NCBI GenBank assembly: GCA_965116905.1 | Contig: OZ220732.1 | Span: forward strand, 3,008,001 to 3,072,000 | DNA length: 64,000 nucleotides | Source: Longimicrobiales bacterium | Lineage (GTDB): Bacteria > Gemmatimonadota > Gemmatimonadetes > Longimicrobiales > Gaopeijiaceae | Direction: 5' to 3' | Shown here: one piece after another, positions 30,932-43,583 of the stretch | Position numbering within the stretch: the stretch's first letter is position 1 | Layout: each line of letters starts with the position of its first letter | Notes under the pieces: model-generated | Seen by the model: the letters and a program-made list of their open reading frames with translations, nothing else | Databases searched by the model: none | What the model was told of the DNA's origin: nothing | Program-made: the position numbers and the translations under genes

Positions 30932-33329
30932 CTACCCTCCCAACACGTTGAGCTGCCGGGTAAACTTGAGATAGACCGAGCGTCCGAGCGGTCCGGCAGC
31001 GTCTCGATCCCCTGCACCTCGTTGTAGACGATGAACAGGCCCGTGCCGGCGGTGTTGAGCCAGCCGAAGCGGATGTTGGCGGACCAGGTATCGTCAGCGT
31101 CTCGATCCCCTGCACCTCGTTGTAGACGATGAACAGGCCCGTGCCGGCGGTGTTGAGCCAGCCGAAGCGGAGGGACCTATCGACTGGTCGGAGTACCTGG
31201 ACGTAGACCCGGGGCGTGAAGAAGTACCCCAGGTTGATACCGGCCAGGGTGGCGGTGAATTCGCCCTGGGGGAGCATCACGTCGTTGTACACGACGCGCA
31301 CCCCGGCACTGGTGCGGGCGCCGCGGCGCAGCGTCAGGTCGGCGGTGGTGGTGCGCTTGCTGCCCGACAGGAACGCGCCCCAGTTGAAACGCGTGTTGAT
31401 GGAGACGGGCCGGGACTGGTCGGTGAAGAAGACGATCTGCGACTCCCAGCCCGCATAGGTTCCCGTGGGCACCACGACTTCGGTGCCGGGGATCGCGAAG
31501 GATTCGTAGAGCCCCTCGGTCACGTAGTTCGCCCCGGTGTGAAGCTCCATCCCGGAGTGCCACTGCCAGTGGCTGTCGATGTGCCAGCGGGCGGACTCGT
31601 TGAAGCCGTTCTCCACTCCCTTGCGCATGGTCCGGTAGGTGAAATAGGAGACGTGGGGACGGATTTCGCGGAACATGCTGGCAGGACGAGCCGTCCACAT
31701 GCCGAAGACCTGGTAGTAGCGATGGCCGTTGCGGGGCAGGAAGCCGACCTCGGGGTTGAAGTGCTCGCCGATATCGCGCACGGTGGCGTTGGCCGTGAAG
31801 CGCCGGCTGCTCCACGCGGCGGTGACGTTCCAGGCGGCGTCGGCCCCCTCCAGCTCAGGGGTGTCGGTTCTGGCCACGAAGGAAGTCAGCGTCAGCTGGT
31901 CGCCGATGCCGACGCTGCCGTCGATGGCGTAGGTCCGGTTGTGGTCGCCGGCGAGACTGCCGGCGCGGTTCACGAAGAGGCCGCCGACACGGGAACGGTT
32001 GGGGAGTTCCTTCGCGACGCGCGCGACCGAGTACGCGTTCTCGGGATCCCCCACCTCGTTGGCGCCGGTCTCGATGTGCAGCAGGCCCAGATTCAGGCCT
32101 GCCACGCGCCCGGAGAGCCTGCCGCCGCCCGTGATGGGGACCGGCTGGCCGCCGGAGATGCCGATGCGGCGGCTGAAGAAGAGGTCGGCGCCCCCTGCCC
32201 CGACGGTGAAGAAGCCCGCGTTCTCGAGGAAGAACGGGCGCTTCTCGGGAAACAGCAGCGAGAAGCGGGTCAGGTTGACCTGCTGGTCGTCGACCTCGAC
32301 CTGCGCGAAGTCGGTGTTCACCGTCATGTCCAGGGTGAGGCCCTGGGTGACCTGCACCTTGGCCTCGCCCCCGAACTCGGCCTGTCGTCCGAACCCGGTC
32401 TGCGACGCGTCGGTGTAGTCCCGGGTCGAGGCTCCCAGCACGTAGGGCGTGACGGTGGCGGATCGGCGGAACGGCGGTTCGACCCCCGTCAGCTGGCCCG
32501 CGAAGTCGAGCCGGTAGAGCCCGAACTCGCGGGGAACGGCCGCCCAGAAGTCCTCTTCGTTGAGGCGGCGGATCCTGCGCGAGACGTTGAAGCCCCACGC
32601 GTCGGTTTCGGACCCGTAGCGCAGCGTGCTGAACGGGATGCGGAATTCGGCGTACCAGCCCTCGGCGTCGCGGGATGTGGCGACCGTCCAGCTGCCGTCC
32701 CAGTTCTTGTTGAAGCCGCCCCCGGCACCCCGCTGGAAACGGCGCTGCCCGGTCATGCCCCCGCCGAGGAAGAACCCGCCGCCGCTGCCCTGGGAGGCGA
32801 CCTGGCCGTCGTACTCGATCCCGGCGGGCGTGGTGCCGAAGACGAAGCCGTTCTGCTGGTCGTTGTAGGTGTCGAAGACCATGATCACGGCATCGGCATC
32901 GGTGACTTCGTAGTCGCGGATGGACTCACCCGGGACGATGGCGTCCGCCTGGGAGTCGTAGGCCCACACGGCGACGTAGACGGCATCCTGGTCGAAGAGG
33001 ATGCGGAGTTCGGTGGGTTCGGTAGCGGGCTGGCCGTCGGCCGGCTCGCGCTGGGTGAAGTCGGCGAGGGGCGCGGCGGTTGCCCAGACCGCGTCGTCGG
33101 GGACGCCATCGATGACGGGCGGGGCGTCGGCGCGGGCGGCAATGGCAACTCCGGTCGCGGGAGCGTCGGAGGCCCCGCCGTTGCCGTTCGCCGGGGCCTG
33201 CTGGGCGTGCGCACCAGGCGGGCCGCCGGTGGGACCGGGCGCAACGGCTGCCAGGAGGCCGGCAGCCACGGCGATCAGGACCCTGTGTGGAGAGAGAGCA
33301 TGCGTCGTTGCGATGAGTGATTGCGTCAC
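30932..33329 (-). CDS. CBM9-like/DUF5916 outer-membrane protein, 3' end disrupted by a duplication and frameshifts
   Basis: P.IDG..DD.VW, F.QREP..G, AEFRIPFSTLRY, NTDFAQVE.D...NLTRF.L.FPEKRPFFLE. The plausible native end (GPLGRSVYLKFTRQLNVLGG*) stops at 30932 in another frame. Confidence 0.82.
30997..31171. repeat. 77-bp identical direct repeat (30997-31073 and 31095-31171)
   Basis: CAGCGTCTCGATCCCC...CAGCCGAAGCGGA occurs twice, with a 21-bp spacer. Confidence 0.95.
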
Positions 33330-33439
33330 TTACGGTACCGGTGGTGGCTGGGGACAGAATTGGGGACAGACGGTCGAACCCAATTACAATGGACAGCTGA
33401 TCGGCGGGTCGCGTTGAAGGGTCCGGAGAGGACATCGTC

Positions 33440-35961
33440 ATGAAGATAACCTCGGGCAGCGCACGGGCATTCGGCCTGCACGCGACACTGCGTTGCGTCG
33501 CGGCCATGGGCGTCTTCGCGGCCACCGGCGTGACGGGCGGTCCGGCGCTGGCACAGGAGCCTCCCGACACCGTCTTCGAGGTGGAGGCGCTCGAAGTGGT
33601 CGTCGGTTCGCGTGCCGGTGTGGCGGACCCGGCGACGCTCCCGGTCCCGGTCGACATCTACGGTGCCGAGGAGATCGCGCGTCTGGGAGAAGTCGATCTC
33701 GCCGAAGTCCTGGGACGGATCGCCCCCTCCTTCAACTCCACCCGTCTCTCCGCCGGGGACGGCGCAGCCCTCCACGTGGCCACGCTGCGCGGAATGAACG
33801 GCGACCAGGTGCTCGTGCTGGTCAACGGCAAGCGGCGTCACGGCGTAGCGTTCGCCAAGGTGCTCGCGGTGTCGGGACAAGGCACGACCGGCACCGACTT
33901 GCGCGCGATTCCCGTGCAGGCGATCAAGCGCATCGAGGTGCTGCGCGAGGGTGCGGCCTCGCAGTACGGCTCGGACGCGATCGCCGGCGTGATCAATATC
34001 GTGCTCAAGGACGACGCGAGCGGGATCAACGCGGCAACCTTTCTCGGGCGAACGTCCCGCGGCGACGGAACGAGGCTGATCACGTCGGCCAACGCCGGTG
34101 TGTCCCTCGGCGACGGGTTCCTCAATGTCACCATGGAGGTGGCCAGACAGGAGGTGACGAACCGGGCTGGCGCCGCACCCACCTGCTTCGGTCCCGACCC
34201 GTCCTACGGCCCCTGTGCGGATGGCGGCAAGGTCATACGGCTGCAGCGAAACGGCGAGCCCGACTACAGGGGCGCGGGCTTCATGGCCAATGCGGCGTTC
34301 CCCGTCGGAGAGTCTGCCGAATTCTATGCCTTTGGGGGCTACTCCGGCCGCGAAGCGGTCTCGGACGGCCTGTACCGGAAGGCCGACTGGGTGCCGCGCT
34401 CGGTCAGCTACGTGTATCCGGACGGCTTCTTCCCCGTCGAGGAGTCGGATCTCACGGACAAGTCGGCCGTGGCGGGGCTGCGGGGCGATGTGGGCAGATG
34501 GTCGGGCGACCTCAGCCTCGGCTTCGGGCAGGGCCGGTTCGCCTTCGGTGCCGCGAACTCAATCAATCCGTCTATGCGGCCGAGTACCTGGCCAGGAACC
34601 CCGGCGCGGATGGAGCGTCCATCGCGGCCAACGCGGGCCCGCGCAACACGTTCAGCGGGGGACTGAACGTACGCCAGTGGACGCTGAACGTCGATGCGAC
34701 ACGGGAACTCGACGTCGGCTCGACCCAGGCATTCCTGGCCTTGGGCGGTGCCTTCCGGAGAGACGCGTACTGGATGGAGGCCGGCGATCGAGGCTCGTGG
34801 GCATGCGGCCCGAGCGATACCCCTGGCAGCTTTCCGGCCGCCCATCACCAGAACGACGGGTCCGTGTTCGCGAGCTGCGGGATCCAGGGCTATCCCGGCT
34901 ACAGCACTTCCTCGGCTTCGCTGAGCGAGCGGGATCGGAACAGCTTCGGAGCGTACGCGGACATGGAGTTGCAACCGTCCGACGCCGCAACGCTGAGCGG
35001 CGCCTTGCGCTTCGAGCAGTACACCGACGCTGGCAGTTCGCTCACGGGCAAGGTGGCGGGCCGCGTCGAACTCGGCGAGTCCGGAGCCGCGCTGCGGGCC
35101 GCCGTCTCCACCGGCTTCCGCGCGCCGCGCCTGCCTCAACGGGGCTTCAACACGATCGGCTTCGTCGGCGGCAGCGAGGGGCTGGTGAGCGCCGGATTCC
35201 TGCCCGAGGGTGATCAGATCGCCTGCGACGACTTCGGGGCCTGCTCTCTGTCCCATGAGACATCGCTCAGTTTCACCGGCGGGTTCGTGTATTCCGGCGA
35301 CAATGGTCTCCTCGTGACCGCCGACTACTATCGAGTTGCGGTCGCTGACGCCATCGCACTGACGCAGAGCCTCAACTCGAGCCACGGGCTTCGTCCGGGC
35401 GCCCGGTTTCAGGGCCGGCCGGTGGACGCCGTCGCATTCTGGACCAATGCGATCGACACGCGTACCCAGGGATTCGATCTGGTCGCGAGCTGGCGATTCC
35501 GCGGGATGGCGTGGGGGGCCGCCGATCTTTCGGCCAGCCTGCACCGGAACAGCACCGAGATCACCGCCAACCGGAATGACAACTTCATTGGCGCCACTCA
35601 GCAGACCCTGATCGAGCAGGCGCAGCCGGGGCGCCGGATCGGCGTGAGCGCCGATGTCCGGTCCGCCCGCGGCTTCGGCGCCCGGCTCAGCGTGAACCAC
35701 ATCGGAGCGGTGACCACGCCGTTCATCTTCGAGGAGAACATCGCGATCGACGCCGCGGCCATCGCCGATCTTGAGGTCACGGTGCGGATCGCCGACCGGA
35801 TCCGCCTCGGACTGGGCGTCAACAACCTGCTGGACAAGCTGCCAAACCGGCTCCCGGACGACTCCGTGGCACAGCTCTGGACGATGGAATACCCTTCCGA
35901 ATCGCCGTACGGCGTCGCGGGGCGGATCTGGTACATGCGGGTGAACGTCGTCGGGAACTGA
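33440..35961 (+). pseudogene. TonB-dependent receptor split by a 1-nt frameshift near 34572 (pseudogene or sequence error)
   Basis: Plug motifs (LRG...DQVLVLVNGKRRH, IKRIEVLREGAASQYGSDAIAGVINI) are in the first frame up to AANSINPS. The barrel continues in another frame as YAAEYLARN...STGFRAP...SPYG. Confidence 0.85.
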
Positions 35962-35998
35962 GCCGAGGCCAGGGCACAGGCCCGCTGCACCCGGATCG

Positions 35999-37275
<1,277 letters not shown>

Positions 37276-37276
<1 letters not shown>

Positions 37277-40200
37277 CAGGAAATCACGCCCATGCCCAGC
37301 GCCTGGATGCGGCGGTTGAAGTCGGCGAGTTCGTCCCCCAGCACGTCTTCGACCGCTTCCCGGATCCGCAGCAGGCGTTGTTCGAGGATGTCGTGCACCT
37401 CGCCCTGCTGGTCCGTCGGCGGGAAATCGCCGATCGACACGGTCGTGAAGAGGTATCCCAGCCGTTCGATCAGCCGGGTGGGGTAGCGGATGGCGTCCTG
37501 TCCGGTGCCGGTCGCGCGCATCTGGAAGAGCCCGTCCTCGGCCGCGATCAGGCGCTGGTTGAGGGCATCGGCCGCGGCCACGAGTTCGGGCGTGTCACCC
37601 CTGTCCTCCAGGACCGCGCGCACGTCCAGCAGCTGCCGCCTCACCCATTCGACGCGGTTGATCAGCTCGCCCGTCTCCTCCAGATCGGCCCGGATGTCGG
37701 CCAGCGCCGCCAGCTGGACCTCGATGTCGGCGAGGGTCCCCTCGGAGTGCGGATCCTTGCGCACCTCCAGCTGCTGGGTCAGGACTTCGCCGCCGACCCT
37801 GAGGGTCACCGTGTACGTGCCGGGCGCCTGAAGATAGGTTCCCGCCCCGGGGCCTCCCAGCGGCCCCCCGGGCAGCGGCCGCCACCGCTCCTCGCCCAAC
37901 GGGACGTCCTCGCCATGGAGCGGCTTCGTGCGCAGCCGGACCTCCTCGACCGGATCGTTCATCAGGTCCCACCAGATCCGGTTGACGCCCGCGCTGGCCG
38001 TGCCCTCCAGGGTGCGGACGACCTCGCCGTCGGCGTTCGCGATCTCGATCACCACGCTGTCGTCGGTCGCCTCGGCGAGCCAGTAGTTCAGGGAGGCGCC
38101 GTACGGCGGGTTCTCTCCGTCGGACTGGTCGTCGAACATCGTGAAGGGCGCCGAGATCGGCTGGAATCGGTAGGCGGGACGCGGGGCGAAGAGGTGGGCC
38201 GCACTCGCCGCCACCTCGGGGGTGAGCTGCTGGAGGGGCGTAACGTCGTCCAGGATCCAGTAGCCGCGTCCGTAGGTGCCGACGACCAGGTCGTTGAAGT
38301 GCTCCTGCACGACGAGCCCATACATGGGTGCGGGCGGCAGGTTGGTGTGGAACTTCTGCCAGCGGTCGCCGTCGTCGAAGGAGACGTACACCGACGCCTC
38401 GGTGCCCAGGTACAGGAGGCCGGGACGCTCGGGATCCTCGTGGATCGCGCGGGTGTAGCTGAGCACGCCGTCGTCGATGCCTTCGGTGATGGGCGTCCAG
38501 CTCTCGCCGTAGTCGTCGGTCCTGTAGGCACGGGCCTCGAAGTCGCCCACCTGGTGGTGCTCGATCACCATGTACGCCTTGCCCGCCGTGTGCCGTGAGG
38601 CGTCGATCCCCCGCACCACCCCGTCCGGCGGCAGGTCCGGGATGTTCGCCGTCACGTTCGTCCAGCTGGCGCCGCCGTCACGGCTCATGTGCATCAGCCC
38701 GTCGTTGGTTCCGGCCCAGAGTACTCCGGGCTCGAGCGGGGACTCGTCGAAGGCGTAGATCACGCAGCAGTACTCCACCCCGATGTTGTCCGGCGTCAGC
38801 CCGCCGCTGATCCCCATGCGGCTGCGATTGTTCGTGCTGAGGTCCGGGCTGATCACCTCCCAGCTCTGCCCGCGGTTGGTCGTCCGATGGACGTGCTGGC
38901 TCGTTACGTAGACGGTGTTGTTGTCGTGCGGCGAAATGAGGAGCGGGAAGGTCCACTGGAAGCGGTACCTGAGCGAATCGGCAGGGTGGCCGGTGGTCGA
39001 TTCCGGCCAGACCTCGACCTCGCGGTATTGGCCGGTGCGCGCGTCCCAGCGCGACACGATGCCGCCGCCCGCTCCCACGCCGGATGCACTGGACCAGACG
39101 ATGTTCGGATCGGTGGGGTCCGGCGTCGCGAAGCCCGATTCTCCTCCGCCGACCGAGTGCCAGACGCCACGGGGAATCCCCACCCCGAAGATCCCGCCGC
39201 CCATGCGGCTATTGCTCGGGCCGCGGGTTGAGGGCCCGTCCTGCCGGTTGCCCATGACGTTGTAGGGAATCGCATTGTCGACGGTGACGTGATACATCTG
39301 GGCGACCGGCAGCTGCGCGCGGAACCAGGTCCTGCCGCGGTTGCCGGAGATCGCAAGGCCGCCGTCGCCACCCACGATCTGGCGGTCGCCGTCGTACGGG
39401 TCGATCCACATGTCGTGATTGTCCCAGGTCGGGCCTTCCATGAACCCCGCCGCGGTTGAGGTCACACCGCCGTCCAGCGTGGTGCTGTAGATCGCTGCCA
39501 GGAAGTACGCCTCGTCCGCGTCGTCGGGATTGGCCTCGCAGCGGGTGTAGTAGGCCGTGCGGCCGGCGAGATCGCGGTCGTAGCTGACAAGCGACCAGTT
39601 GTGGCCGCCGTCGTCTGACCGCCAGAGTTCGCCGCCGTCGGTGTCGCCGCCCTCCCAGGGAACGCCGTCTCCGGTCTCGATGAGGGCGTAGACGCGGCGG
39701 GAATCGGCGCGGCTCATGCACAGCGCGATCTTCCCGATCTCGCGGGTGGGAAGGCCGTTGCCGGCGAGCCGGGTCCAGGTGGTGCCGCCGTCGCGCGAGA
39801 CGTGGATGGCGCTGCCGGGGCCGCCGGATGTGCGGGTCCAGGTCCGGATCGCGATCTGCCAGGTGCCCGCAAAGAGGATGCGGGGATTGTTCGGATCCAT
39901 GACGAGGTCGCTCGCGCCGGTCTCCTCGTCCACGAAGAGCACGTGCTCCCAGGACGCGCCGCCGTCCATGGTGCGGTAGATGCCCCGTTCAGGCTGGGGC
40001 GCGTAGCCGTGCCCGATGGCCGCCGCATAGACGATGTCCGGGTCGGTCGGATGCACGATGATGCGGCTGATGCGCCCCGTGCCCTCCAGCCCCATGTGCG
40101 TCCAGGTCTCTCCGGCATCGGTCGACTTCCACACGCCGTTGCCGATCGACACGTTGGAGCGGATGAAGGGCTCTCCGGTGCCCGCCCACACGATATTCGG

Positions 40201-40521
40201 GTCGGAGGGTGCGACCTCCACTTCGCCCACCGAATGTACCGGCTGGTCGTCGAAGACGGGCCGCCAGTTGACGCCTCCGTCCTCGGTCTTCCACAGGCCA
40301 CCCGAAGCCGCTCCCGCGTAATAGGTAAAGCGGTCCCCCGGCACGCCGGTCACCGATGTGATCCGGTTCCCCAGCGGGCCGATGTGGCGGTACTGCATCG
40401 GGGCGAAGGAGGATGTGGGGACTTGCTGGGCGCTCCCCGGCGACGGGCGCATGGACGTCGCAGTGACCGACGCCAGCGTCAGAACAAGGGCAAAAGAAGC
40501 ACGTGGCACGAAGGATGACAT
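37276..40521 (-). CDS. VPS10/BNR (Asp-box) repeat glycosyl-hydrolase-like exported protein
   Basis: YRHIGP..NR, many S/T.DGG.(T/S)W Asp-boxes, QMYHV, RFQWTFP, C-terminal coiled segment. Confidence 0.88.
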
Positions 40522-40571
40522 CGTGAACATTCTCCCGATGGCGGTTAGCAAAAGCGTAGGACCTGATTAAA

Positions 40572-40647
40572 TGTGTGTACCGGAAAGCAATTATGCGCAC
40601 CGGAGAGCAATTGTGCCCACCGGAGAGCAATTGTGTCCACCGGAAAG
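40572..40647. repeat. 20-bp tandem repeat, about 3.5-4 copies, intergenic
   Basis: ACCGGAAAGCAATTATGCGC / ACCGGAGAGCAATTGTGCCC / ACCGGAGAGCAATTGTGTCC / ACCGGAAAG. Confidence 0.92.
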
Positions 40648-40721
40648 AGAACCGGCCGCCCGCAATGACGCCAACGATGGCCCCACTGCGAACGGCCGGT
40701 TGCCGGTTCCGGGACTCGCGG

Positions 40722-41198
40722 TCAGCTGTGGTCGTCGTGCACGTGCGCGTGCACCGGCGTCGTCACGAAATCGGCGTGTCCCGACCCTATGGCGCCGTGC
40801 ATGAGCATGAACGTCACATCGGTCTCGCCCTCCATGTGGCCGTGCAGATGGCCGCCGAACTCACCGGGGCTGTCCTGTTCCCACTCGGCGATCGACTCGT
40901 CTTCGATGTCGACTTCCAGGTACGTGTCGTCTTCCAACGGGATCGGATCGCCGTCGTGATCCACGAAACGGACGGTGATGTGCGGCGTTTCCTCGCCCAC
41001 GTCAACCTCGAGCTCGCCGGTCCAGGTCTGGGTTTCTCCGTCGTAGGACGCGATAACCTGGCCGCTCATCACGAGTTCCAGACCCTCGGGTTCGTAGTGC
41101 TCTTCCTCGTGTTCGGTCATCGACTCGCAGGCCGCGAGGACCAGGGCGAGAGCGGCGAGAACGGCAAGCGGTGCGTTTCTGTAGCTCCGTGTCTTCAT
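40722..41198 (-). CDS. His/acid-rich lipoprotein, putative metal-binding
   Basis: Lipobox LAAC; 13 His including HEEEH, HLHGH, MH...GH and HAHVHDDH; AGGAG SD. Confidence 0.82.
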   Translation of the reverse strand: MKTRSYRNAPLAVLAALALVLAACESMTEHEEEHYEPEGLELVMSGQVIASYDGETQTWTGELEVDVGEETPHITVRFVDHDGDPIPLEDDTYLEVDIEDESIAEWEQDSPGEFGGHLHGHMEGETDVTFMLMHGAIGSGHADFVTTPVHAHVHDDHS

Positions 41199-41251
41199 TT
41201 GTGTTTCTCCTGTGTTCGTTCTGATTGGAACAGTCGTGCCCGGGCACTTCC

Positions 41252-43489
41252 CTAGAACACGACCCGGTAGGTTGCTGTCAGGCCCCTCCCGGCCTCGGGC
41301 ATGATCGCCTTGACCCGGGAGAGGTGATTGCGGTATTCCGTGTCCGTGACGTTGTTGAGGCTCACGGTCAGGACATTAAGGCGGCCTCCCAGAGTGATCC
41401 GGGCGCCGGTGGAGAGGCTCAGCACCGTGTACCCGTCGGTCGGCGTCTCGAACTCGCCGATCCGGTCCTGCCTGGCCGCCATCTCGGCCTCACCGCGCAT
41501 GAACCACAGCGGGCGCTCATACTTCAAAGCCGTGTGCCCCCTGAGCGGAGGCACGAGGGGCAGGGGCTGATCGGAGTCCTTGAGGGTCCCCTGCACCGAT
41601 GACACCACGGCCTCGAGGGCGAATCCGCTACCGACGTCCACATCCAGCCCCGCCTCGAAGCCGCTGAACACGGCGTCGTTGCCCTGGAACTGGTATACCG
41701 GAAGCAGCACCCGGCTCAGGCGATCGGTGTCCTCGCCGTAGACGTAGCCCCTGATGTCGTTGTAGAAGCCGGTCACCTCGCCCCTCACCCTGTCGGACTC
41801 GAAGCGCAGGAAGATGTCCAACCCCCTTCCGATCTCGCTCTCAAGAGACGGGTTCCCGACTTCGAAGGCGTATGCCGCAAGGTGGGGTCCCTCCGAGTAC
41901 AGCTCGTCGATGTCGGGCGATCGAAATGCCCGCACAACGCTTGCGCCGAGCGTCAGGCCTGAAACCGGGTTGAACAGGACGCCCATGGATCCCGACAGGG
42001 CGTGGAAGCTGCGCTCACGGATCTCACCGATGTCAGAATCGCGATTCGCAGCCAGCGGATCGGCCCTGGTCCAGTCATAGCGCAGTCCCCCCTCGATCCT
42101 GGCGGGGCCCAGGTCGACTTCTTCCAGCAGGTACATCGCCGCCCTGAGGCGACGTGTGTCCGGCGTGAACAGGCTTCCGCCGTACGCAAAGTCCTCCCAC
42201 GAAACCCGGGCCCCCACTGCACCCGCCGCAAACGGCCCCCATTCCGCATGGCGGCCCAGGATATCTCCGCTCACGGCCTGTTGTTGGTAGAGGGTGCCCA
42301 GAATGTCCGGGGGCTCGATCTCCCGATGCTCGTACCAGGTGTGGGTCGCGGCGATACGGATATCCCGAAAGAAGACGCCCGATTCTTCCACTACGGTCTG
42401 GAATTTCGAGGCAAAGCGGTTCATCTCGATGCGAACGCCCTCGTCGTGCCCCCCGACGAACCCTCCCGGTATGCCGTAGTCGTTCCAGTACCCACGGAAG
42501 GACGCACCGAGATGTCCCCAATCCGCTACGTAGGCAGATCCCACCCCGCCGCTCCATAGTCGACCGTCGGTGTTGAACAGGGTGCCCACGGGCGTCTTTA
42601 GGTCCCCCGCCGTCCGCGCAGCCACCTCCACGCGCAGCGGCACCCGCTCCGCCATCGGAAAGACGACGGTCGTGCTGCCACCGACGGCACCTGTTGCACT
42701 CTGACTCTGAAGCGTGGTCGACCCCGTTACGTGGTGTGGGACCGACGAGGGAATCTCGTCACGTATGACGTTGATGACTCCTCCCAGCGCATTGCCTCCA
42801 TACAGCAGTGCCCCCGGGCCGCGCACGACTTCGATTCGCCGCGCGGACGACGGATCCAGGCCGGTGGCGTGGTCGTTGCCCGAGTTGGAGGCGTCTCCGA
42901 CCGGAGTGCCGTCCTCCAGCATCAGCACCCGATCGCCACTCAGCCCCCTGACCACGGGCTGTGAGACCATCGGCCCCATGCTGATGGCGGCCATTCCCGG
43001 CATCGAAGCGAGGGTCGCCGCGACGGTCCCCTCGCTCCTGAGCTGCAACGCGTCGCCGGCCATGACGCCAACCGGCCGGAGTGCCTCCGCGGCCCCTCGC
43101 TCGGTCAGCGTCGCCGTGACCACCATGCCCTGCAACGCGATCGGCGATGTCGTCAGCTCGACGACGACCACCGGGGACTCGTCGCCCGCCGCGACCTCGG
43201 TGTTCAGGCTCCGATAGCCCAGGCGCTCTATCCGCAGAGTGTAGTTCCCCCGGGCGATTCCCGTGAGGTGGAAGGTCCCGTCCCCGTGGGTCACCGCTCT
43301 CGTTCCCGTCCCGACCACCGCGACGAAGGCGCCCGCGAGCGGTTCGCCCGTCTCGGCATCGCGCACGACACCCTCGATCTCGCCCTCGTGCTCCGGTTCC
43401 TGGGCTTTTGCCGTGGTCCGGAGCAGGACGAGTCCGACGAACATCGTCATTGCGACGATGTGGTACGATCTGAAAAGCGTCGGTTTCAA
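41252..43489 (-). CDS. TonB-dependent receptor, ZnuD-like metal uptake
   Basis: N-terminal carboxypeptidase-reg domain; PVVRGLSGDRV, DHA in the plug, YEHRE, ELYSEGPHLA, YRNHLS, terminal F. Start TTG 43489 (alternative ATG 43450). Confidence 0.9.
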   Translation of the reverse strand: MKPTLFRSYHIVAMTMFVGLVLLRTTAKAQEPEHEGEIEGVVRDAETGEPLAGAFVAVVGTGTRAVTHGDGTFHLTGIARGNYTLRIERLGYRSLNTEVAAGDESPVVVVELTTSPIALQGMVVTATLTERGAAEALRPVGVMAGDALQLRSEGTVAATLASMPGMAAISMGPMVSQPVVRGLSGDRVLMLEDGTPVGDASNSGNDHATGLDPSSARRIEVVRGPGALLYGGNALGGVINVIRDEIPSSVPHHVTGSTTLQSQSATGAVGGSTTVVFPMAERVPLRVEVAARTAGDLKTPVGTLFNTDGRLWSGGVGSAYVADWGHLGASFRGYWNDYGIPGGFVGGHDEGVRIEMNRFASKFQTVVEESGVFFRDIRIAATHTWYEHREIEPPDILGTLYQQQAVSGDILGRHAEWGPFAAGAVGARVSWEDFAYGGSLFTPDTRRLRAAMYLLEEVDLGPARIEGGLRYDWTRADPLAANRDSDIGEIRERSFHALSGSMGVLFNPVSGLTLGASVVRAFRSPDIDELYSEGPHLAAYAFEVGNPSLESEIGRGLDIFLRFESDRVRGEVTGFYNDIRGYVYGEDTDRLSRVLLPVYQFQGNDAVFSGFEAGLDVDVGSGFALEAVVSSVQGTLKDSDQPLPLVPPLRGHTALKYERPLWFMRGEAEMAARQDRIGEFETPTDGYTVLSLSTGARITLGGRLNVLTVSLNNVTDTEYRNHLSRVKAIMPEAGRGLTATYRVVF

Positions 43490-43522
43490 GGGTGCCGCTC
43501 GATTTCTGCATCCACATCTGAT

Positions 43523-43554
43523 GCGAGCCATCCGTAACGGCCGGACGGCCTCGC
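43523..43554 (-). promoter_or_regulatory. hairpin between the RAPP leader ORF and the TonB receptor
   Basis: Minus strand GCGAGGCCGTCCG-GCCGTTA-CGGATGGCTCGC imperfect stem; no clean U-tract. Confidence 0.5.
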
Positions 43555-43583
43555 GGGTTTCCAGGGGGGGTCGCCGTGGAGGA

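Noticed and set aside
30997..31171. Diversity-generating retroelement TR/VR pair
   Set aside because: The copies are identical with no adenine-specific mismatches, only 21 bp apart, and there is no reverse transcriptase in the window.
34560..34585. Programmed ribosomal frameshift in the TonB receptor
   Set aside because: No slippery heptamer or homopolymer at the shift point.
40572..40647. Mini CRISPR array
   Set aside because: Units are contiguous with no unique spacers, and no cas genes are present.
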